From: Zygnema circumcarinatum SAG 698-1b
Taxonomy: Eukaryota; Plantae; Zygnematophyceae
Reading direction: 5' to 3'
DNA: 64,000 nt
NCBI GenBank assembly: GCA_037447605.1
Contig: CM074806.1
Coordinates: 372,001 to 436,000 of the forward strand
The translations under genes were made by a program, and so were the position numbers. Positions 31,207 to 43,760 of this stretch are shown here, piece after piece; position 1 is the stretch's first letter; the number at the start of each line of letters is the position of its first letter. Under the pieces are notes generated by a model. The model was not told where the DNA came from and did no database searches. It saw nothing but the letters and a program-made list of their open reading frames with translations.

Positions 31207-32636
31207 TTTAACTGGAGCTACATGTGAAGGGTAGACTTTCAGAAGGTTGCTCTCTTACCTTGTACAGTTGTTGGTTGTTGCTGTTGCTTTAAGATCTTAA
31301 TTTTTGGAAAATTTGCTATCTCTAAGGGTTAGAATTTTCGCCAGTTTGCCGTTGCCGTTTCCATGTGCAAAGAGGCGATTTTCAAACTGTTTCCCCATAG
31401 AACACCCTACCGTACACTCAACGAAAATCCAAAAATCACTAAAGACAAATTTCTGCTAAAAAAAGTGAAAGGAAACCGAAAGCACGCAAAAGTGACTGAA
31501 CAGGTTTTTATCATTGAGGAATTGCTCACGTGCCACGTGGCAGCTTCTGACGCCGCGAGGATCTGCAAGCATTGACCGCTGACTCGTTGACCCCCAGTTA
31601 GTACACTTGGCACTCTATACAGACGCCACGTGGGAATCCCTTAATACCACAAAATCAAAGTCGGTTTGGTCGTTGATCGTTTGTCGTTTTTTGAACCATA
31701 AACGAAAATTTGGGGCAGGAAAACTATATTTGAATCAGTTAAAAGTTTTTAGGGAATATATAAAAAAAATACGCTTAACAAATATCAAATCGGTGGCCGA
31801 CACGTGGACGAAAGCTTGCAAAATTTGTGCACATTTTTGCTTTCTGAAATTCCCCTGACCGAAGTTTGACGTGGAGGAAATAATACAATGTCGCTAGACG
31901 ACAAAATTAGCTCACCAAAAGGTACCTTTGTCAAACCAAAAACTTTTAGCTGTCACTTCGTCGTTTTCTGCAGGCCCGAATCCCCTTCACGAGAAATATA
32001 CCAATGAGGGACTGCCACGTGTTCATCAATGATTGGTAGTTCGGATCTACCCCGCATGCACCGACATTTTGTGTCGGTACGACCGACATTTCCCGTCCCG
32101 CCCAAACGCCCAAAACGGCAAACCGTCACTAGAAGACAAACCCTACGCTCTGCGCGGGTCATCTGGACTGTGGCCAAATCATTTAAACTAGTCTTTTGCA
32201 ACACGGAGCGGGCTCTCACATGCAGCAGTTTTGTCAAAAACGACGGAAGGGATTCACTACAACGGAACGCTCTATGGCGTTCCATGCTCGTTGTTTCCGT
32301 TTCTCGCACGTGCGAGATCCAAGCTTAAGAACGGCGCGCCATCCCACAGCTTTCAACACTTGCGAGAGCGCAGAGAAGCGGGAGGGGAAAGGGAGGGAGG
32401 AGGGAGGAGTGAGGGGAAAGGGAGAGGGAGAGAGGGAGGGAGGGAGAGAGGGAGAGAGGGAGAGGGGGAGAGAGGGAGGGAGGGAGAGAGAGTGGGAGAC
32501 GGAGATATTGAGAGAGGGAAGGAGAAATAGCAAGTGAGGGAGGGAGAGGGAGAGGGAGAGACGGCGACAAGGCGGGAGGGTGAGAGAGCGAGGGGGGTGA
32601 GGGAGTGGGGGAGGGGGAGAAGAGAATTGTCGAAGT

Positions 32637-35600
32637 ATGAATTCCCATTTATCTTTACAAAGGAGAGGGCCTCCTTTCCTCCTTCTGCTCCTCTCCCTCT
32701 TGCTCCGGCAGGCGGCGGCCCGGGTCCTTCAAGAAGCTTCCGTGTCAGCTGTCAATCAGACGGGTAGTCCGCCAATTTCTAGTGATGGAGGTCAGTTTCC
32801 TTCTCTCTCTATCTCTCCCTCTCTCTCTCTCTGTCTCCTTCTCTCTCCCTTTCGCTCTCGCTTTCACTCTTTCGCAGAAACGCACATAATCTCACCTTCC
32901 CTCTGTCGCCGAGTGTGCTGTATACGAGGCCCCACTATGTGACGGAGATTTGGATGAAAGAAGCGTCTATATTCTCCGTTTAACGAATCACTGAACTGCG
33001 TTGCGTTCTGTGCAGGCTCCTCCTCCTCCGCGGGGCTGCCGTGGTACGTCATCTTCATCATCGTCTTCGTCATCGCGCACCTCGTCTTCTGCCCGCCGGT
33101 GATGTACTTCGCGTGGCGCTTCTACCGCAGGCACCACAGCGCCAGGCCCGGTGAGCGAGAGAGAGAGAGTAGGGAGAGCGAGAGAGAGAGGGAAGGGGAG
33201 TTGGGGAGGTGGAGAAAGGGAGGGGGAAAGCGGGAGGAAGAGAGGGGGGAGAGAGAGCGGGGAGGGTAAAGGGGGGCAGGGAGAGGGAGAGACAGAGGGG
33301 GGGAAAGAGAGGGGGAAGGAAAATGGGGAGGGAGGACGGGAAACTGGGGGAGAGGGGAATTTCGACATTGAGGACTCCGCATTGGCTAAATCTCTGTTCC
33401 ACTTCCTCTCTTCCCCCTTTTGGCCTCCCTCCCTCTTCGTCTCTCGCACTCTTTCCCTCTCTCTTCCCTCCCCTCTTCTCCCCTGGTTTTCAGCCCCTGT
33501 CCCACTCCTGTCACCTTTTTTCCAACCCCCCAACCCCTCCCTCCCCTTCATCTCCGTCCTCTTCCTCACCCTCTCTCACAAGTCCTTGAAGGATTTTCCA
33601 AACTCCTAAGTTCAGTCACACTGTTACCCAACAAATCCCGAACCTCATTTGTACCCCTTCAATGTTCTTCCCTCCTCCTTCATTGACTTTTAATCATTAC
33701 CCGTTGCCAGGTGGCGCGCTTCAAATGAAAGTGGAGTCACATTTCGTCAAATTCGTACCCCTCAAGGAAATTGTCCTCGCCACCGACAACTTTAATAAGT
33801 CAAATAAACTTGGGTCGGGCGGGTACGGCACCGTCTATAAGGGCGTCTCGGGGGACAAGCAGTGGGCGGTTAAGCGCGCGCACTTAACCTCAGACGAGAT
33901 GCTCATCGCCTTTCAGAACGAGGTTAGCAACTCCGTGTTGAACAACAAAACTGAAACTGTTCATGTGGTGCAGTTCATGTGCTAATGTTGGGTTTTGTGG
34001 TTGTTAGTGCTTTGGGTATGTTCGGGGTTTTGGGTAACATGGGTTGTGGACGTAATGTGCTGAATTTTGGCATGGTGTGGCAGGTGAGCCTGTTGTCGAC
34101 GATGAGTCACGTGAACGTGGTGCGGCTACTCGGCTATTGCAACGAGGGGGGCCAGCTCATCCTCGTGTACGAGTTCGTCTCTAATGGCAACTTGATGGAC
34201 CATCTCCAAATGAAATCTGGTGAGTGCACTTGTTGCTTCACTCTGTATGCTTAAAAAAAACGTCATTTTTCTATGATTGTGAGTAACCGTTCCGTGCTTC
34301 AATCCTAAGAGTCGTCGTTTCCGCACAGAATTCGGGGGCGAGCCACTCTCCTTCAAGCAGAGGCTCGACATTGCCATTGGCGCCGCCCATGGCCTGCTTT
34401 ACCTCCACAGCTTCGCGAAGGAGCCCATCATTCACCGCGATGTGAAGTCGGAGAACATCCTTCTTGACGAGCACCTCAATGTACGGACTGAAATAAAAAA
34501 TGAAAAAAAAAAAAAAATGGAATGTGTGGACGCACTTCCTTCCTGTTCAGCTCGAGCCTCTGCGCGATCTTCCAGTCTATTATTACCAATTATTTAAACC
34601 AATAAAATTCCCCAATTGAAATGTCTCGACTCTCTCTCCGTATTGTACTGTTGGTGTTGCAGCCAAAGGTTGCGGATTTTGGCCTCCTGAAGCTCCTCCC
34701 GGCGGGCCCTAACGCAGCGCCACATGTCACCACGCGAGTGGCTGGAACCTTCGGTTACATGGACCCCGAGTACCAAGAGGTTATGCGCACCACCGCAAAG
34801 AGTGACGTGTACAGGTAAGGCCGTCTGCCTGCCACCGTCAATAGGTTGTTATGTTGCAATGAAGCCCAACCATTTTATATTTGAAAGCGTGTTTCTACGT
34901 ATCTGAATTAGGTTTGGCGGTAAACCTGCTCAAGTGGCCCATCCATCCAAACGTAGAAAATAGGGCCGCTAACATTTCTCGACCCCTCATATGTCCCTCG
35001 TTTCTGTTACGGAAAGAGAACGTTTTGAGGTTTTTTTTTTCACATGTGCTGTTGCAGTTTCGGAGTGGTCCTTCTCGAGCTCCTCACAGGTCGGCCTCCA
35101 ATTGAGAATGATGAGGGGAACGGCCGACGGATCCCTTTAACTCGATGGGTAAATTTTGGCCCCTTCCGTACAGTCCTCTTCTCTGAATCAATGAGCACTA
35201 AATGACATACCCAAATGACATATTCAGGCGACCCTTGCATGACCTGCCGCCCATTCAAAGCATCCCCTCATAGCCCTCAGCCTCTCCTTCCCTTTGCGTT
35301 GCAGGTCGCCCCATACATTGCAGACGGAAACGCTGACGCCATGGCGGACCCGGCCCTTGTGAGCAATTTTCCATACCAAAGTTTCATAGACGTTGCATTG
35401 GTTGCTCAACAATGTGTGCGGCCGTACGGAGATGAGAGACCCTCCATGGAGGAGGTGACTCGAATGCTCCAATCGGTCAGAAATGGCAGCCCGGAGCTGA
35501 GGCCCCCTCTGGGAGGAGGAGAGGCGGGAGAGGGAGAGGGAGAGGGAGAGGGAGAGGGAGAGGGAGGAGGAGGAGGAGACATTTGGGCCCTCGCGAGGGA

Positions 35601-35733
35601 GACTTCGGACCATGAGAGCCCCGACGAAATGTTGACGCTTTCATCGCATGAAGACGAGAGTTTGAGCTTTGAGAGGGGCCACTCAGAACTGTCAGATCAG
35701 CACTCGAGGTTGAGCAGCGTTGCAGGAAGATAA
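32637..35733 (+). CDS. RLK/Pelle receptor-like kinase with signal peptide, very short ectodomain, TM helix and RD kinase domain (~486 aa); exons 32637..32790, 33016..33150, 33711..33922, 34084..34219, 34329..34480, 34663..34814, 35058..35148, 35305..35733
   Basis: Signal-like [43 protein letters not shown], then [50 protein letters not shown] and ERPSM. All seven introns are GT-AG and phase-consistent. Confidence 0.9.
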
Positions 35734-36667
35734 GGTGGTTTTGATTTTGAGTTTGAGTTTGCTTGGAATAATGTCGACATAAAGGTAGCTCGCGCTGCTG
35801 TGAAGGTTAAGGAAGTTCTAGAAATTTTAAATTTGGAAGTTATAGAAAGGACGATTAATGTAGATGAAGACGACTTTGAATGCTTTTTCCTTGTTTGTGG
35901 TTAGTGGGGGGCTCTCAGAGTTGGGAATTTCGAAGCGAGTAGGTTTAACTTCGGAGGAGAGTCTTTAGTGACTTCGAATATCTAAATTGTGAATATATTG
36001 AAACTAATCCGAAGTTTGTCCAATTCCCAATTGTGAGCCTGATATGAAAAATGTAGATTTTTAATATCTTGAGGTGTAGGAAACCCGTGCCAGTCAAAAC
36101 CGTTCAAAACTAACTGAAATACTACGACGCGAAGCAGGATGGGGAACCACGAGGAAACCGCTCACAAAGGACCCCAGGGAAAATGGAAAAAAACGATGAG
36201 TCGAAACCACGAGCAAGTCCCCTTCGGATCGTATTGCAATATATCGATCGAACGTGTACAATTTATCGCGATATCCAGATACCGTGACGTGACGACGCAC
36301 CACATGCCCTCCCCGATTCGCGACAAACCGACCAAAGCGACACGTAGCCGCTTCCAACCGGCTCGATGGCCCCAACAGCGTCCGTACAGCGGTGGACCTG
36401 TACAGAACCAACGGGTACTGTACGGTACTCAACTGTTCGTACCGTACGAACGACGGCGGCAGCGCAAGCAGACGGTAAATAACCGCCGGCGGCGCGCGGC
36501 GAGTGCTTAAAGGCGGCGGCGCGCTGGGAGAGGGACAGAGCAGAGGAGGCGCCTTGAGAAGGAGAGGAAGAAGGAGAAGGAGAGGGAGAGGGAGAAGAAG
36601 GGAGAGGAGCTAAAGGACAAGGGATACCACCTCCTTCACCCTCATCGCTCTATTTACAGCCGAAGCC

Positions 36668-37723
36668 ATGGCGACGCCCACTCGCGCTCTCCTCATGATG
36701 GTGCTTCTTGCCGTCGGCATGGCGGCCACGCAGGCCTCCCCGCGGCACTTGCTGCAGACTACCGGTGAGGGTCTCTTGTTATGTAGATTATGGTATTTCT
36801 GTTAAGAATAGCATGAAAATATTGTGTTTTATGTGTCTTACACGCTTTCCTTTTTGCTGCAGTGCCTTCAGGGCTGCCGCCTCCTATCCAGGCGCCTCTT
36901 CCTCCTTCTGCTCCTCCTCCTTCTCCTCCTCCTCCTTCCCCCTCTCCTACCTCTCCCCCTCCTTCGCCTTTCCCGCCGCCCCCTGACACCGACGTGTATA
37001 CTGGACCTGACGCCTTCGACCTTGTCGACGAGGCGAATACAACCGACGCCTATCTGCAGCCGAACGATCCAAATTCCCCGGTCGAATTTGCCGATTTCGG
37101 TGTCCGCAGTAAGTAATTCTTAACTACTTCTCCCCTCTGCTCAGAGATTATGTTACTCTCCGCATCCTCACTGGCATGTTGTCTGGCGTGCAGAGTTGAA
37201 GGGAACTTGCGTGACATTTCAGTACGGGCTGAAGCTCCCGACGCCGTGGGGGCAGAAGCTGTGCACAATGTTGCAGAACAAGCAGTATATGTGCTTGTTC
37301 ACGTATGACATCAACAACAACTGCCCGAGCTCCAAGGGGTGGATCCGCGCCGTCTGGATCAACTGCCGCGACCGCACCAAGAAGAAGAACTCTCTCTTCC
37401 TGCCCTTCCCCCTCCCTGCGCCGGTTTGGATGTTCAACTGGCCTGCTGACGTCACCTGCAACTCGTTCTGGTCGTGTGCTTGCCCGAGCCCCATCTCCAT
37501 CAAAACGGGTGCCACCTTCACGTGGTACTACACCTCCATCTTCAACTACGACGCCTCCAAAATCAACGGTCTCGGCTACTCGCCGTGGAAGATCGACGTT
37601 GTGGATGTCGCCTACAGCGCGAAGCAGCCCGACCCGTACTGGTCGTACACCGTCGGGAACGAGAAGCCCTTCTATGACCACTTGAAGTGTGCTCCTAACG
37701 GCTGGGCAGTGACCAAGGTCTGA
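36668..37723 (+). CDS. Secreted Ser-Pro(n)-rich (extensin-like) protein with uncharacterised Cys/Trp-rich C-terminal domain, copy 1 (290 aa); exons 36668..36764, 36863..37108, 37194..37723
   Basis: Signal peptide MATPTRALLMMVLLAVGMAATQA, SPPPP stalk and ~175-aa globular domain. Two phase-1 GT-AG introns sit at the same positions as in copy 2. Confidence 0.85.
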
Positions 37724-38530
37724 ACTTACGGTTGAGTCACGGAGGATCCCTTTGGACGACATTTGAATAGTTTTTTCCCATCTGCAACTCGTGGTGTTGG
37801 TTTTTTTACTTTTGACTTAGGGAGCTTATAAGTGGGTAATACAAAAGACTTTGACATTCATTGTTGGTAGTTTCCTTCGAATGTATTTTCTCCTCGCTAT
37901 ATATTAAATTGACATTTGTGTTTATGGCTATTCTTCGTTGCTATTTGCCCCCATTGATGAAAGATCATTGACAGCGTTGGGCCTACATAATTAGTAATGC
38001 ATTCAGGAGTGCAGTGTTTCCTAAAGCACATTAGTGGCTCCTATTCTTTCCATTTATTCAATGTAATCATTATTCTATATCTTTCTTTCCTTTCTGAGGA
38101 ACTATCAATCGTAAGTGACATGAGTGATGACTTAAACCCTAAAAACCCTAAAAAAATTCCTATTCAGATATGATTGTCTAATCGCCGAACAGAAGATCAA
38201 CATTGCACCATGCATCTCAATATTTTTCGATAAACTTTAAAAAATGAATAATGATGCTATACATTTTATGGTCCAGGCTCATCTCCATTCATCAAAATGC
38301 CTCGAAAGCAACAACAAAATAATATCTCAAGACCATAAACCTTAGTATTTACTCACTTGAAAATTGCGGAAACTGTCTCTAATTCAGCCGCCAGCGAGAC
38401 AGATTAGGAATGACTCCCTCTCTCTCTCACATTCTCAATATCTTTCATCACACCCTTTCTTCTTTTCCATTTCCCTCTCGGCGCATTTCTCTTTTTGCCT
38501 CTGCCTCCCTTCCTCCCTCTCTCCCTCCAT

Positions 38531-40079
38531 CAATGGCGGACATACATATACGAGTTGGGGGGACTTAGCCACCCTTCTGATTTTGAAATTTTATTTGACC
38601 TTATGTATTTTATGCTGAAAGAAGGATTCGCCCCCTCTCCGAAAAAATCCTGGATCCACCACTTGTTGACAATTTGAGCCTGGTCCTTCCCACTAACTTC
38701 ACCCTCTGCCATGTCTGCAGGCCCACGGCCTCAAAACTCCTTCATAAAGAATGGGAAAGTTACAAGCAGTAAGTTTAGCTCTCAAGCTTCCAATACTTCT
38801 CTGATTAACTGCCCCAAATTCCTGTTGCTGCCCATAGAGCCAGGCTACTGCACTCAGCACTACTACGAGCTAAGGTACAACAGCTGAATTAAGTTGAACA
38901 AATCATAAATAAATCCTTCTTAAATACTAAGCGCCGCACAACACCGCGTTCCGCCACGCTCCTCCCCGACGTTGGGGCAGCTCCGCGCCTCTCCTGGAGT
39001 TCGCTCCGCGCCGCGCAGGAGGGAGCTCGCCCAGAGGGAGGGCCGCCCGCCATGGCCAGAGGGAGCGTCCGTAACGAAAAGCGCCCTCCCTCGAAGCGCC
39101 AGCCTTCCCCATTCCGACCCTTCGTGTTCTCACTGCGTAAAGTACAAGGCCAATGCTAGTGGCCTGTTCAGACCGTGAACGTGAAACACCCAAGGACCAC
39201 ACAGGCACTTCTGCGAAGGACCTTCGACAGAGGCTAAGGACCGTACGGTGTACTATTCTAGCCTATACCCCTATTGAACACTACAGCCCCCTCGCCGAAA
39301 AAATCCTGGATCCACCACTGCCCTCCATCACCTCTCTCTCCCTCCTCCCGCTAACTCTCCCCTTCTCGCCTTCTTCCTTTCGTTCTCTCCCTACTTCACT
39401 ATTTATCTCCTTTGTTCCCTCGCTTTTTTCCTTCACTTTGTCTCCTTTCGTTGCCTCCCTTTCTCTCTTTTCCTCTCTCTCTCTCACTCTCTCTCCATCT
39501 CTTTCTTTTTCCCTTTGCATTTGCCTATGCCTCCCCTGTATTGCGCCTGCTTGTTTACGGAATGGCCTCTAAAGCTGGCACGAGTATGAGATTTCTAGGA
39601 GCAACGCTAAGGGGATATATTCCACAAACTCCTAAAATAGAGGAGTTATCATTCTGGGCTGTTCCAAACTTGCAGAAAAATACCACCGGAATTTTTTAAT
39701 ATTAGTTTTTGTGAAAGAAAGACAGTCTTTTCTTCCTCGCGTTGGCCTCTTTCTTGTTCCATTGCTATATTCTTCCCTTTTTTCTCAACCATTTATTGAG
39801 TTATTCGTTTACGAGTGGTCTATGAGATGTTTTGTGTGCCTACCTTTAAGCCAAGCTAGTGTCTTGCGTATGTATATGCTTCGGACGACGAACTGAAACA
39901 GCTTGAGATCAACGGTGGATCTACAGTTGCTTTGGGGGGGGCCTTAAACCTCCTCAGATTTTGAAAGTCAAAGCTACTGATCATCTCTTAAGGCTGAATG
40001 GCAAATACTCGAATTTCAGGATTTTTTTCCGAACCCATTGTTCAGAGGCCCCCCTAAACTAACCCTGAATCCTCCCCTG
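38531..40079. mobile_element. Three degenerate copies/fragments of a short non-autonomous element (38531..38665, ~39284..39320, ~39910..40079)
   Basis: A 32-bp block CCCCTC[T/G]CCGAAAAAATCCTGGATCCACCACT is shared by 38632 and 39288. TTGGGGGG...[CT]CAGATTTTGAAA-like blocks are shared by 38555 and 39930. The imperfect TGGCGGA...TCC[A/T]CC termini are only weakly complementary. Confidence 0.45.
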
Positions 40080-40596
40080 CTTGATCATTCGTGATTTCTC
40101 CGCAAAGCTGTATTGAAAGGATGATTGCTCAAGCTTGGAATCCCCTCATAAAAAATCGCTCCCATTCAGATCTACGAAGTTTTACAAGTGAAAGAATGAC
40201 AATGCACAGTACACGACTTGGTAGACATCAGATTTGAATGTTTTGTAACTTAAAAATCGGCCACAAGCTGATATGTCTTCATCTCTTCAAAATGAATGTT
40301 GATTAAACAAGATTTAATAAACAAGAAGGACCAAGTTATGTATACTATAAAAATCAATCAACGTCTATCTCGCACAAAAGCAAGAATGTCAAGTAAAAAA
40401 ACAAGCTTTCAGAAACTACGTAAGAAAGGACGATTCAGGCAGGAAGGCCGTGCCATCAATTGATTTAGCCCTCAATCGATCTCGCTGTGGCGAACCGCCG
40501 AACTGAACTGGACGTGAATGGGACCCTTCACTCAACATTCGCCAAAGTGGCACAACTTTGTGGAAAACCGTCCATGGTACGACACCACGTTTAATC

Positions 40597-41806
40597 CTAC
40601 TTGGTCACTGCCCAGCCGTTAGGAGCACCCCTCAAGTGGTCATAGAAGGGCCTCTCGTTCCCGACGGTGTACGACCAGTACGGGTCGGGCTGCTTCGCGC
40701 TGTAGGCGACATCCACAACGTCGATCTTCCACGGCGAGTAGCCGAGACCGTTGACTTTGGAGGCGTCGTAGTTGAAGACGGACATGTAGTACCACGTGAA
40801 GGTGGCGCCCGTCTTGATGGTGATGGGGCACGGGCAAGCACACGACCAGAACGAGTTGCAGGTGATGTCGGCGGGCCAGTTGAACATCCAAACCGGCGCG
40901 CGGAGGGGGTACGGAAGGAAGACAGAGTTCTTCTTCTTGGTGCGGTCACGGCCGTTGATCCAGACGGCGCGGATCCACCCCTTGGAGCTCGGGCAGTTGT
41001 TGTTGATGTCGTACGTGAATGTGCACACGTACTGCTTGTTCTGCATCATGGAGCACAGCTTTGGCCCCCACGGCGTCGGCGCCTTCAGCCCGTACTGAAA
41101 TGTCACGCAGCTTCCCTTCAACTCTGCACGCCGGGGCACATGCCTGTGAGGACGCGGAGAGTAAAATTAGCTCTAGACAGAGGACAGAGATCGATAAGAA
41201 GTACTTACTGCGGAGACCGAAATCGGCAAATTCGACCGGCGATGATGGATCGTTCGGCCGTAGGTAGGCGTCAGTTGTATTCGCCTCGTCGACCTGGTCG
41301 AAGGCGTCAGGTCCAGTATACACCTCGGTGTTGGGGGGCGGGGGGAAAGGCGATGGTGGCAAAGGAGGGGGAGACATAGGAGGTGGGGAAGGAGGAGGGG
41401 GGGAAGGAGGAGGGGAAGAAGGAGGAGGGGAAGGTGGAGGGGGAGAAGGAGGAGAAGAAGCAGAAAAGGGAGAACTGGGAGGAGGCGAAGGAGGAGGGGG
41501 AGAAGGAGGAGGGGGAGAAGGAGGAGACGAAAAAGAAAAGGGAGAATTGGGAGGAGGAGTAGGAGGAGGGGGAGAAGGAGGAGGAGGCAGCCCTGAAGGC
41601 ACTGCAGCAACACGAAAATTGTGTGAGATGCATAATACATACATAGAACATATTTTCCTTCTATTATTAAACATGAAAAACTAGAATCTGCAAAAAAAAA
41701 GACCCTCACCGGTAGTCTGCAGTAACTGCCGTGGGGAGGCCTGCGTGGCTGCCATGCCGAGGGCAAGGAGCACCATCATGAGGAAAGCGCGAGTGGGCGT
41801 CGCCAT
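40597..41806 (-). CDS. Paralog of the secreted Pro-rich protein, copy 2 (338 aa); exons 41806..41710, 41601..41209, 41123..40597
   Basis: Same signal peptide, same intron positions and phases, longer SPPP stalk, and a highly similar C-terminal domain (CVTFQYGLK...NNNCPSSKGWIRAVWIN...TCNSFWSCACP...NGWAVTK). Confidence 0.85.
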
Positions 41807-42668
41807 GGCTGCGGCTGCGAAACAATCGAAGAGGGCGGAGATAGTATCCCTTGTCCTTGAGCTCTCCCTTTTTTCTCCTTCTCCTTCTCCTTCTCCTTCT
41901 CCCTCTCCTTCTCAAGGTGCCTCTTCCGCTCTGTCCTTCTTCGGAGCGCGCCGCCGGCTTTAAGCGCTCGGCGCGCAGAGTGGGCGGTTGATTAACCGCC
42001 TCCGGCGGACACCGCGGCTGTCCGTGCAGTACGGCCACCTAAGTACCTGTTCGATCCGTACGGTTCGTACATGCATGCAGCTACACGGACGCAGTTGGCA
42101 GAGGTTTCGAAGGTTGCGGCTGTTCCATGTGTCGTCATTGACTCTTGAACTGGCACTGGAACTAGGACCGCGCACATGTGTTATCTCCATGTGGGATGTG
42201 AAGTCAGAAGACTAATTCCATGCGGCAGTTTGGACACGTCAGTTCACAGTTTGATGACGTCATTTTATTTGTCTTATTCCATTGCTTCCCCCCTTAGGGA
42301 TTTCAGGACGCTCTGAGGGCGCCACGTGGCACCCTAGACGGCCTCCAAATTCGATTTGTCCCCTTCGCGGTAGCAACGGCTTCCTACACACTGCAGGCAA
42401 TAATTAACCAATGGGAAGGGGCCACGTGGACATAGTTGCATACGTGGCAAGGTGCAATTGGCTGCAGTTCTCCACTTGAGGTTCGCTTGCAGACGAGTAA
42501 AAAGCCCCCTCATTCAAGCAGAGACGATCGTAAGGCGAGCTCAGTTATTGCATCAATATTTAAAAAAAAAAAAAAAAATCGCAATTCTGAAGGCATCCTG
42601 AAAGGTCTGAAGGATTTGCTCATAACTTTTTTTTTTAATATATTGTTTTAAAGCTTGTTCTGCCTGCC

Positions 42669-43325
42669 ATGGCTTTGAAGCTGTGCACTATCGTGGGAAT
42701 GGGCCCGGGAGTGAGCTATTCAGTAGCGCAAAAGTTCGGAAAACTCGGATTTCAAATTGCGATGGTCGCACGGAAAGAGCAGACTTTGACGGATTTCGGC
42801 GAAAAGCTCGCAAAGGACGGAATTTCAGCACATGGGTTTTCCGCAGATGCGGGAGATAGCGTCTCTTTGGTCGCCGCCTTCGAAAAAATTAAGTCTTCTT
42901 TGGGAGACACGAACGTTCTCATATACAATGCAGCTGTTGGGTCGCAGGTCGACTTACTGAAAGTCTCTGCGGAGACCCTTTGTAGTGATTATAAAGTGAA
43001 TGTGGTGGGGGCCGTGGTTTCAGTACAATGTGTTGTGGACGGAATGCGGAATTCGGGAAACGGGACCATCATCTTAACTGGGGGTGGTTTTGCAATCTAT
43101 CCAATGCCCATTTTTGGGTCTCTAGCGATGGGAAAAGCCGCCATTCGGAACCTTACTGGAAGCCTTTTTCAGCTTTTGAAGGCGGACAACATTCACGTGG
43201 GGTCGCTTCTTATCGCGGGGGTGGTGGAGAAGGGGACCAAGCACGACCCGGACTTGATCGCGGAGAAGTTTGTGGAGCTGTATGAGCAGGAAGGGGATGC
43301 GCGGGAGCAGGAAATTATATACTGA
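42669..43325 (+). CDS. Intronless short-chain dehydrogenase/reductase (218 aa), atypical active site
   Basis: Rossmann motif IVGMGPGVS, VLIYNAA, GTIILTGG, GSLAMGKAAIRNL (Lys present, no Tyr) and IHVGSLLI. ATG is in GCCATGG context. Confidence 0.88.
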   Translation: MALKLCTIVGMGPGVSYSVAQKFGKLGFQIAMVARKEQTLTDFGEKLAKDGISAHGFSADAGDSVSLVAAFEKIKSSLGDTNVLIYNAAVGSQVDLLKVSAETLCSDYKVNVVGAVVSVQCVVDGMRNSGNGTIILTGGGFAIYPMPIFGSLAMGKAAIRNLTGSLFQLLKADNIHVGSLLIAGVVEKGTKHDPDLIAEKFVELYEQEGDAREQEIIY

Positions 43326-43479
43326 ATTGGGGAAGAAATGTGAGGGTCCTGAATTGTGGGCTTGTTGGAAGGATTAGGGTTTGGTAGGGGCTGCGTAGTG
43401 AAGCACAGGGCGGTGGGGTTCAGTCTTGCAGAAGGATTGAGTGGTGGGCGGGAGGGAGGGAGGGAAGGCGAGGGAGGGG

Positions 43480-43760
43480 GGCGGGGAGTGAGAGGGAGGG
43501 GGAGGGGGAGGGGGAGGGGGAGGGGGGGGGGCGAGGAGAAGGAGAGGAGACGGTTGCATGTCGTGGAGAGGGAGAAGGAGAGGGAGAGGGAGAGGGAGAG
43601 GGGGCGGGAGAGGGAGAGGGAGAAGGAAAGGGAGAGGGAGAGGGAGAGGGAGAGGGAGAGGGAGAGGGAGAGGGAGAGGGAGAGGGAGTGGAAGAGGGGC
43701 TGGAGGTGTGGACGGGAGGAGAGGTAACGGGAGAGGGAGAGGGAGAGGGAGAGGGAGAGT
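43480..43760. repeat. (GAGAGG)n purine-rich microsatellite
   Basis: Tandem hexamer read directly. Confidence 0.9.
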
